A stretch of 62,692 nucleotides of DNA, the filler included, from Hausera hauseri (taxonomy: Eukaryota), in NCBI GenBank assembly GCA_046269625.1. It is 11 parts of 11 records of this genome, joined end to end, with 100 filler letters (N's around TTAATTAATTAA, not from the genome) between each part and the next. Parts side by side here need not be neighbours in the genome. Positions count along the whole stretch, not along the records: positions 1 to 8,122 come from JBJURY010762095.1; positions 8,223 to 14,988 come from JBJURY010067661.1; 9 more parts are not named here. The stretch is one strand, 5' to 3'. The notes below the pieces were generated by a model that was not told the DNA's origin, ran no database searches, and saw only the letters and a program-made list of their open reading frames with translations. The position numbers were made by a program, and so were the translations under genes. Below, in pieces: positions 1 through 9,308 of this stretch. Within the stretch, counting starts at the first letter, position 1. Each line of letters opens with the position of its first letter.

Positions 1-469
1 TCGCCGTTGTCGAATTGACCAATCAGTATGCGAGCGTTACGTGATTGGTCAATTGGTGCGTGGGTGGACCCCCTGTCCTTGTTCCAGACTCATCTTTTTT
101 CCACTACTGAAGACAACAGGACTCACCAAAAATTAATGGACTTACCGAAAAAGAATGAAAATTATATATGGCGTAATCAAACTCTAATTAGCAGTATGTT
201 TGAAATTGTCAATATTCATGATTCACCAGTGCCAGCTCTGTCTACCATTCATCAGCTGTTGTATAAGAAAGCTAAAGAAATCGTTTGGTTAATTCTTGAA
301 GAAAGCATAAAATTTATGAATAATGAATCTGCAACGATTTTGTATAAAATCCATCGATTATTTGTTCAATTATTGTACAATGACAGGATGTGTAATGCCT
401 GAACTTCAAACTCACGTTATCGAAAGTATTCAAAAACCAGAATTATTTGTCAAATGTCAGTATCAAATA

Positions 470-1135
470 TCAAAAACTGTTGTTAGTGGTGGTGGAATTT
501 CCGGATTTTCCGCTTCATTATTTGCAAAACAACGATATGTTTACGTGAACAAACAGTTACATTTATTGAATTTTAGTATTTGAAAACCTGCTCAAAAACC
601 ATTCACTGGACCGTTCATATTTCAAATATTGAAAGCACTTTTTTGTAATTTTGAATATAAAAAAACCTAAAGGATCTTCCATTGAATTATTTTATTCGTT
701 CGAGATTTGGTCAAGAAATTGCTAATTTTGTTTTGAATCCGATAATTCGGGGAATTTATGCCTGTGACCCGAAAAATTTAAGTATTGGTGCAACATTTCC
801 ATCATTGTTAGAATGGGAAAAACAAAGTTCGGACGTTGTGCGTGGTGCCATGAAACAAATGCTGATTAAACTATTCCAAAAGATTTCGCAAAAAATGAAC
901 AAATCAATAATTCTCATTTGGAATTTTGAAACTTGAAAGACGCTGCGGAATGGAAAAATTGATTGATAATATGAAATGTAAATCAACCGACATCGATGTT
1001 GAATTGCATTTAAATAAATGCGTTGTTAAAATAAAACACATTATAGAAAGTTGCTCATAAAATTATCGGATGAAATAATAGAGCGTGACGCAGTTGTCGT
1101 TGCAACTCCATCGTATGTTTCTGCTAACCAACTCA
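470..1135 (+). pseudogene. PPOX: Protoporphyrinogen oxidase (PPOX/HemY-like) fragments, disrupted and internally deleted
   Basis: FAD-binding KTVVSGGGISG (ORF 323-583); YFIRSRFGQEIANFVLNPIIRGIYACDPKNLSIGATFPSLLEWEK (ORF 682-936) matches the PPO RRFGxE...GIYAGD...LS...FP.L block; DAVVVATP (ORF 1051) matches the later FAD-domain strand. Pieces lie in different frames with stops. Confidence 0.75.
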
Positions 1136-1149
1136 GTGGAATTGACCTT

Positions 1150-1498
1150 ACGAAACCTTCACCGGTTTGCATCAACTATGCTTGCATCACCAGATTCTCG
1201 GTGATAAAAATTCGCGATCGGCTTTCTGATGCAAATCTCGTTCATTTCATTGATCCGGAAATTCGATCGAACATCGAATCTACTAGGAAAGCCATCAAAA
1301 AGAGTGCTTTAGTCGTTGCGTGTTTCCGAAGCGTACAAAAACCACTCCAATTTCCAGTTAAAAGTTGATTATTGTAAAAAATTGAACAAACAGATTATTC
1401 CATTGTTAATCCAATAAATGTTCGTCCAAATGGTTGGATTCAAACGCTTTTGAATCAGAATTTAACGATGTTCGATTTATCGAGTAAGAGATCTTGAG
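1150..1498 (+). pseudogene. TIR (TIR_2-type) domain fragment with two frameshifts
   Basis: Stitching three frames gives PVCINY...VIKIRDRLSDANLVHFID...STRKAIKKSALVVAC/VSEAYKNHSNFQLKVDYCKKLNKQIIPLLIQ/NVRPNGWIQTLL...FD. This follows the invertebrate TIR_2 pattern (ISY...KIRDRL...WID...AI...VVLVC.SE.YK.S.NC..E..YA....K.IIPL......PDGWL). Confidence 0.7.
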
Positions 1499-2292
1499 TC
1501 ATGGTTCCATCAGTTCTGTTTTGGTGATGTTGCATATCTAAAATCACCAGGGCCATCTACGGTCTATATGGACACTTCTACGCGGCGCACGATGTGCTAA
1601 GAATAAATATTGTGTATAAATTTGTCGGCACCTCTTTTTCTCATATACTTTTTAGTGATACATTTTATTTTTTGCTGTTACCATTTTTTTGCATACCGAT
1701 ATACCATGGATTTTTATTACCCCAATCAATTTAACCATCACAATATCTCCTTTCACAATTCCCCCAAAGTCACTGAATTCTTTATATTTCCGAATTCGTA
1801 TATTCCTCAAGTAAATTTGATGGACATCTTCATTTCATTCGGAATTTTCCTGGTAATCGTCCCAGTAAGAATGATTTTTCACAAAATGTTTTAAACTTTT
1901 TATCTGATGAAAACCTTTTGTCATCTGGAAATTTTGTTCGGAATTTTTTCCTTTTGTCCCATGGAATGTTCGATATTCATGCGTCAACGACATCTCCCAG
2001 ATACGTCAATACTTTTATTTTTTCGACATCGCCCAATTTCCATCTACCCTCCATATACATTATTAAGGAAGGTTTCTACCGATACTATCCCGTTACTTAC
2101 CTTTCCCAATGGAAATACGATTGCACCAATAAAACAAAATATCTTTCTGACTGGACCAATCGAAGAGATCCAATCACCTTATATTCTCGGGTGTATCGCA
2201 GTGTAATCGACTGCCCGACCTTCCGTCTTACGTTAGTTACTCCTTCGCAATGGTCCGTTACGTCACAACAGCTCCTCCTAGGACACACCATA

Positions 2293-2518
2293 AAACTTTC
2301 CCTTTTCTTTTTCCTAAATAATTACGAACTATTCGTACATAGGACAACGTATTTAATTGACGCACCTTACTTTCACAATCGTGTACAACACTGCTAATAT
2401 CTCTGATTTTTACCTCACGTTTTACAATCTACCTTTACTCAGTGTCAATTTTCACAACCATTCTGTTCTTTCAACCCAATTTATCATTATTCAAGTACAC
2501 ATCCGAATTCGTGGGGGT
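2293..2518 (+). pseudogene. Ubiquitin-like domain ending IRIRGG, fused in frame to Gag (one frameshift near 2365)
   Basis: KLSLFFFLNNYELFVHRTTYLIDAP/FTIVYNTANISDFYLTFYNLPLL...IIIQVHIRIRGG followed immediately by ATG at 2519; aligns with the homologous segment at 37584-37790. Confidence 0.6.
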
Positions 2519-3615
2519 ATGGATTCGTCCCCAACAATTGATGCAACGCACAAAACCTGCACTACACCTATAACCACCACCTTTCTTCAAAAGTCAACGA
2601 CTGTCACCACACTGCCCAACATAACTACTTGTATCACTACTTTCCAACATCCTAGAAGCTCTTCTTCCCAAAGTACAGAATCTTTTATAGACCATAAAAA
2701 TTCAAGCAAAACATGGCTTAATTTTCATAAACTTTGGCTGAAATCCAGTGGCATCACCGATCCATAAGCCAAAGCCCATAGCTTACTTTGTCTCTTACCG
2801 ACGGCAGTAAAAACGTCTATTCATGATCTGTTAGATACCTTGCAACAATTTGATACATACACCCACTTCTACAACGCAGTACTAAAACTTACGGAACCAT
2901 CTATGGATTCCATTATCCATCGTGTTTTAATGACAATGCCATAGGAACGAAGAAACCATCTGATTTCCTCAGAATCTCTCTCGCTCAACTGCAAACTCTC
3001 GGCGTTACTAAACAATATAATGTCGACCTCCTACGACGCTACTTCATAAACACATTGCTCATCCAAATCAGAGCTTTACTTACCGTCGTCGAAGAATTGA
3101 CAGCTCTTGACAAATTGGCCGAACTAGCAGATAAGACATATGACGTCCTGAACCTGCACGCACAACGAATCAATTCTGCACCCGTTAGCAACAATAATAC
3201 AGCATTCGAACATCAATTAAACCACCTACGGGCGGAAAATGCGACTTTACAAACAACAATTAATAATATTAATAATAAATTAAATGAAATTTCTCTGACA
3301 CAACGAAGAGGCCTCGTCACTGACCGTAACCGTCCTGTATCCCGTGGTCGGTCAACTTCATCCGGACGTTCACAGATTTGCTATTATCATGATAGGTTTG
3401 ATAATAAAGCACAAAAATGCCACCCAGGGTGCAAATTTCATACACATAATTATCATACAAACAACGTCGTTTGTATATATCATGTAAAATTCAGGCATAA
3501 TGCACGCAGATGCATTTCAGGTTGTACTTTTGAGAGCAAACCCTATCGTGCAAATGACGGACACACAACCTTTGCCTCTAACAGTCGCCCTCGTTCTCCT
3601 CTTTCAAAAAACTAA
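2519..3615 (+). pseudogene. gag: Gag (CsRn1-type) with two C-X2-H-X9-C-X3-C motifs
   Basis: CYYHDRFDNKAQKCHPGC and CIYHVKFRHNARRCISGC in ORF 3055-3615; LDKLAELADK motif; in-frame stop at 2765-2767 and a frameshift near 2940. Confidence 0.85.
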
Positions 3616-3676
3616 CTTCGCTGCCAGAACTTACGGCAAGCACTGGCGAAGGCAATTTTTCACTATCTAATAGCCG
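3606..3676 (+). promoter_or_regulatory. Putative -1 ribosomal frameshift signal (A AAA AAC + stem-loop/pseudoknot) at the gag-pol junction
   Basis: Heptamer AAAAAAC 3606-3612 in the gag frame directly before TAA; the -1 frame continues into sequence homologous to the pol start of the 34838-38820 copy; hairpin CTTCG..GCCAG / CTGGCGAAG at 3616-3651. Confidence 0.7.
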
Positions 3677-6600
3677 AAAAATTTCTTTTGCAGTTCACAT
3701 TACAAGCTTCTACCATTGCCCCGACGCCCCAACACAGACTTATCGATTCAGGTGCAGCGATTCCGTTACTGCCGCTCACCTTTCCAACTCAACACACTTC
3801 ATCCAAATATAAACCTCTATTTACAGCTTCAGGACAACCGCTACACGTTTCCGGTACATGTAGGATTTCTTTTACCCTTCCGACATTTACTTCAATGTTT
3901 CACTGGACGTTTACCGTTGCAAACGTTCACACAGCCACTTTAGGATCCGACTTCCTTTCGCACTATAATCTCCTTGTCGATTGCAAACAACTTTGCTTAA
4001 CAACTGGTTACAATAAGGAGCGAATCGATCACGTCGATACCATTTCTACTGTCGTACGGATGAATGCAACTCGAAAGCCGATATTAAAAAAACCACTAAA
4101 CAAACATTTTTCTTACAATCATAGTACCTTGTTTTACAATTTACTGAAGAACAATATTACTGACAATTGGAGTTTGCACGGTGATGAGCGTGATTCCGCT
4201 ACTACTGCCAAATCATTAGATAATACTACCAGCTACAATACCATATTCAATACTACAATCCTGCATTGTATACCACATCATTTTAGATCACCAAATAACG
4301 CCCAAATTGCTACTGTTACTGATACAACCACAGTTCCTGGTAAAACCTCGCTCCCACCAAACTTTTCACAATTACCTGCAAGTCTACAGCAATGCATCAA
4401 CGTATCTTGTTCTAGAATTATTCAAAAAGACAGGTCTTTTACACCAGCAAATACCACTTTTCACCATATTATAACACATCAGACACCTATCTGCCAGAAA
4501 GTGCGTGCATTGCCTCCTCGTCGTAGACAGACCGTTGAAGCCAAATTTCTAGACCTCGAACGCTCCGGCATTGTACGTCGCTCTAAATCTCCATGGTCGT
4601 CGCCACTGCATGTCGTGCAAAAGGATGGAACTTTTAGATCATGTGACGATTATCGCCAGTTGAACACTATGACCATAATGGAAGCATACCTGCTGCCACT
4701 CATTAAGGATATCTTACACAGTCGCAATTCTACTACAATTTATTCTATCATTGATTTATCCAAAGTCTACCACCAAATTCCTGTGGCACCTGAGGATATC
4801 GAAAATACAGCCGTGATTACTCCTTTTGGCCTTTATGAATATCTGTACATGCCTTTCGGACTACGAAATGCTGTGCCGACTTTTCAACGCCACGTCGACG
4901 CTATTCTATCTTATTTTCCATATGCTCATCCCTATATCGATGACATATTCATTGCGTCCTCTTCGACCCAACAACACGAGGAACACCTCAGATCAATCTT
5001 TCAACGCTTACATCAACATAATCTTCAGACCAATTTCGCCAAATGTCACTTTTTCCAGAAACGTATCAATTTCCTTAAGCACATTATTTCTTCCGAAGGT
5101 CACTCACCTCAGCCTGATCGAGTTGAAGCCCTAAAATATGTGCAACTACTTCGAACAATAGAAATGATGAACTTTTTGGGCACTTTTCATTTCGTTCACA
5201 AGTATGTGCCGTATTGCTCCGTACTTACCGCACCATTTCCACACCTAGTAGTGGAAAAAAACAACATACAATCCATTGGACACCTGAACTGGTTGATAAG
5301 TTTGACAAGCTACGCGAAGGAATTAAGATCGTCAACATTCTTGCTTTCCCCAAGCCGGATGGGGAACTCATCTTTACAACAGATGCTTCAACCACTGCGG
5401 TAGGTGCTGTGCTTCACCAAATACGCAAAGGAAAAAATCTACCGCTAGAAGTTTTCTCTAGTAAGCTAACATCCCCTGAAACTATATATTCAACGTTCGA
5501 CCGAGAATTATTGGCCATCGTTCTCGTTTTAAAGCATTTCTCCCACCTACTTGTCGCTCGCTATTTTACCATACAGACCGATGACAAACCCGTGCTAAAC
5601 ATCATGGCTATGAAACATCCTTCCCCACGCCAAGAACGACAGATATCATATTTGTCAACATTTAACTTTGACATAAAACATATCAACGGGCTTAATAATT
5701 TGGTTGCCAATTTCTTATCTAGGACGGCTGGTTCGATTAATTTTTCACCAATCTTCTCACAAGTGCAACTTCAACAGAAACAGCCACCTCAGGACATGCT
5801 TAATTCTTTTACATCTTGTACAATTGTTGACGCCGTAGCTTTAGACACTCCCAAACCAGGTCATTCCGTAATAATTCTCGCACAACCTTTACAACAAAAA
5901 GCCTTTACAAGTATACATTCCTTAAACCACCCTGGTGCTAAAGCCACTTTCCGTTTACTCCACCGACAAGTAGTTTGGCCGTTAATGCGTTCCGATGTGC
6001 AAACCTGGGTTAGGGAGTGTGGCCTGCCAAAAATACAAAACAACTAAGCATTTAAAGCCACCACTATTCCACTTTCCATGCACATCGCGTTTCGAATCAG
6101 TGCATATTGACATCGTCGGCCCTCTTCCTCTGGACAACGGTCATCAATTCATTCTCACCATTATGGACCGTTCCTCGCGATGGCCAGAAGCCATCCCTCT
6201 ACGGAGCACAAATACCGATACTAGCTGCCGTTTTCATTCGTACATAAATTAGCAGGTTTGGATCACGTCGCTTTATTATCACGGACCAGGGTCCACAGTT
6301 TGAATTCAACCTGTTCAAATCCCTTGCTAACTAACTGGGCATCCAGCACATACATACTACGCCTAATCACTCCAAATCGAATGGCCTTTTAGAATTTTTC
6401 TACTGAACATTGAAAACGTCACTAAGAATCCTTGCAGAGTCCAACAGTAGTTGGACGAATCTTCTTCCGTTTGTTCTGCTTGGCTGGCGGAACACTCCGT
6501 CTACTTCTACAGGATGCTCACCAACTAAAGCCTTATTCGGAGCTCTTGTACAATCATTGTTCGAACTAACCAACCTAATCACTTCTGGAGGTTACTTCAC

Positions 6601-6800
6601 AAAGACAAAACATATTTATCTGAAGACTTGTATTCGGCAAAATTCGTTTGGCTAAAAAATCCAACGCCGTGAGGTTTTCAACCACGGTATTTGGGGCCAT
6701 ACAAACTCGTCAAATTACACTCCCACAATGCCATTATTTCTAAAGGCGGTAAGGAACTAGCGGTGCATATCAACAACGTCAAGCCTGCCTTTTTCATAGA
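3606..6800 (+). pseudogene. pol: Pol polyprotein (protease, RT, RNase H, integrase), frameshifted
   Basis: ORFs 3688-5403, 5214-6047, 5995-6252 and 6410-6655 carry successive PR, RT, RNase H and IN motifs. Confidence 0.92.
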
Positions 6801-8122
6801 CGATAACCCCAAATTGAATCGTTTAACCCATTTCTGACTCCTCCGCCTTTTCCCTTTTCATTTCCTCCAACCCCTGCACCTCTTTCCATTCCGAACCATA
6901 CAACTACTCCTTTACCAGAACCTACTCCAAACTCCCCTTCTACTAACTTCCAACCATTTACTTCCTTTCCTGCTACATCACACCCAGCTCCTTTTTCGTC
7001 TCTGAAGGACACCACACCTTCAACGACGGAATCCGACATCATTTTATCTCTATCACCTCAGCAATCTGATTCAAAGACATTGAAAAATCGCAAATCCGTA
7101 ACATTTAGTACCTACAGTCAGGAGATTAACACCGCAGGGATACAACGACTTATTCATACAAAAACCACTTAGACAATCTACACCGTTCCTACACGTTTCC
7201 TATTTTCTTGCCTGTCTAGTCGTTTCTTTCCCACGAGCAAGTGATGTTATGTCCAACATGGGCCGTGCTCCTTTGATTTTTTTTAAATCTTGTAAATACA
7301 ATGTTATTGTTTTCTCGTTCATTGTTATTTGTAATTCTAATTTCCGACAAATTGGTGCACTTCCGTCGCTTTTGCCTCATCGTGTTGTGCCCAAATTTTA
7401 TTAACTTTTAACGGTTTCATGTACCATATTGTTTTAATTCACTCTGATACGGTTTCATATAAAAATATAAAGTTTGATTTTAAAAAATTGATTTTTTACA
7501 TGAGGATTATAATGTTGTTTGTCGTAATCAAACTAAAGGATTTATTAATGGATAAGCAAAATTCTTTGCAAATTCAACAATGGCAATTACGAAAATGGGC
7601 AGTACTCTAATCGCTAAAATAAATAACGTATTTACGAAATTGTTATTTGTATAATTGCCCGAGGATATTTCAAATTGTCGATGAGCAATCAAAGCCTCAG
7701 TGATGCCCGAAACATCAAATTGAGATAATTGCAGTTGGATTTTGGAAACTGAAATTATTCAAAATCCCGGCAATATGTAAATTGCAGTTACTTGAACAAG
7801 GACACAAAAAATTACTACCCAAATTTCTTCATATTCCTGACAACAGAAAACTTAATTCGAAATTGACAACTTGTGAAGTAATTTGTCAAACTTACGATTT
7901 ATTATTGATCCTACCCGTTCCAAAATTAGTGACAACAAAGATTACAGCGCAATTAGAAAAACAAAGCAATTGAATCTTGTAATACAGATTCGTAACATTG
8001 TTCAATTCTCACCAATTAAATAACTAAGACAACGTTTAATCTCGTAACTACCAATTAATGAGAAGAACAATTTCACTTAATTCGATGGCGGTGGGGTGTG
8101 CTTTGTCTTACCTTGCTATAAG

Positions 8123-8222
8123 NNNNNNNNNNNNNNNNNNNNNNNNNNNNNNNNNNNNNNNNNNNNTTAATTAATTAANNNNNNNNNNNNNNNNNNNNNN
8201 NNNNNNNNNNNNNNNNNNNNNN
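8123..8222. other. Artificial contig linker
   Basis: N44-TTAATTAATTAA-N44, stops in all six frames. Confidence 0.99.
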
Positions 8223-8329
8223 TCCATAGTGACTGAGTTCAGTTGAGCTAAACGTAAAACGTGATTTAATCATAATAGTAATAATGGTAATAAATTACTG
8301 CACGGTACAATAAGGAAGAAGGTTTCCGT

Positions 8330-9155
8330 GATGAGGTAGTTCAATGTCATAATCAGGAGCCAGGACAAAGGTGAAGAATGGGTAAGTGGACTTGAACAAA
8401 CCCATGGATTTGCCATTGTTTACATTTTTGTTCAGCAAACCCATGTTGCGCACGATAGATTGCATATATGTGCAAACGTCACGAAATCCTGCTTGTATGT
8501 CACAACGAAATCCGCATTCTTACCCAAACTGATGTAATTCACATTGCTATGGGTAAACGTTTCCGAATAGGTGGTATAACTGCCCGTTTGCTGAGCAGTC
8601 GTTTAAAATGTAATAAGCATAAATTTCGGCAATCGCATGTCTCCAAACAGTGCATCTTTGTAAAACGTAGTTGAACCTTTGGGTATGGTGTAAAAGACGA
8701 GTTCTGTGCCTGTAATGGGTAACAGGCATTTTGTGTTTCCAAGCCCAATCGATGTCCCATGAGCACAGATGGTTCTACCTTTACATGACGTACGTTTAAT
8801 CGTGCCTCGGTAATTTTCAGTATGGGTTTGAGATTTGCAACTGCAGTTTTCAAACAAAAGATATCGCTGCGTTTGAGCCGAATCATGGCTTTAACACCGG
8901 GCAATAGGTATTTCGGCTGATCGAAAAAGTCAACGTACAGCAGTCCACACATGGTAAGCGCTTTTATTCTGCCACCCATGCCCGACGGTTTGCTGCAGTG
9001 GCGTCATATCCGATGGTTTTCGTCAAATGAGTCGTTTTCGTGTCTGCGCTGTAATTCAGAGCCGTTTCAATGAGTGCTTTGATACTGTATAGACTGGTGT
9101 TGCCTTCGATTTTAACGCCGTTCAGTCTGTGAAGCCTCCTGGAACAGTGAGGAGA
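8330..9155 (-). pseudogene. Maverick/Polinton major capsid protein (hexon/PY), truncated copy 1
   Basis: KIEGNTSLYSIKALIETALNYS, LYVDFFDQPKYLLPGVKAMIRLKRS, YPFFTFVLAPD match Polinton MCP blocks; close paralogue of 13570-14283. Confidence 0.85.
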
Positions 9156-9159
9156 AGGT

Positions 9160-9308
9160 GGTACTTGTATCACAATACACAAGTACAAATATGTACCACA
9201 TAATACGCAAGTACCAATAAGATGTATCACATAATACGCAAGTACCAATAAGATGTACCATATAATACACAAGTACAAATAAGATGTATCACATAATACA
9301 CAAGTACG
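9160..9308. repeat. ~31-bp minisatellite, about 5 copies
   Basis: Unit GTA(T/C)CACATAATAC(G/A)CAAGTACCAATAAGAT repeated in tandem. Confidence 0.9.

Larger units (their letters stand above)
1600..7170 (+). mobile_element. Ty3/Gypsy LTR retrotransposon, CsRn1 clade, degenerate; boundaries approximate, LTRs not identified
   Basis: Order leader-gag-PR-RT-RNaseH-IN. CHCC Gag motifs; PR LIDSGA; RT SPWSSPLHVV, MPFGLRNA, YIDD; RNase H TDAS, DRELLA; IN HIDIVGPLP, DRSSRWPEA, TDQG; GPY near 6695. Multiple stops and frameshifts. Confidence 0.93.

Noticed and set aside
1520-1600. Primer-binding site and 5' LTR for the contig 1 Gypsy element
   Set aside because: TGGTGATG does not extend into a convincing tRNA complement, and no matching 3' LTR or PPT was found near 7170-7400.
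7480-7980. Possible piggyBac transposase relic (KFLHIPDN, IMLFVVIKL)
   Set aside because: Only two short, weak motif resemblances; no TIR or catalytic triad found.
8167-8178. TTAATTAATTAA as a biological motif (for example piggyBac TTAA sites)
   Set aside because: It is identical and centred in every 100-nt N block, so it is an artificial six-frame stop linker.
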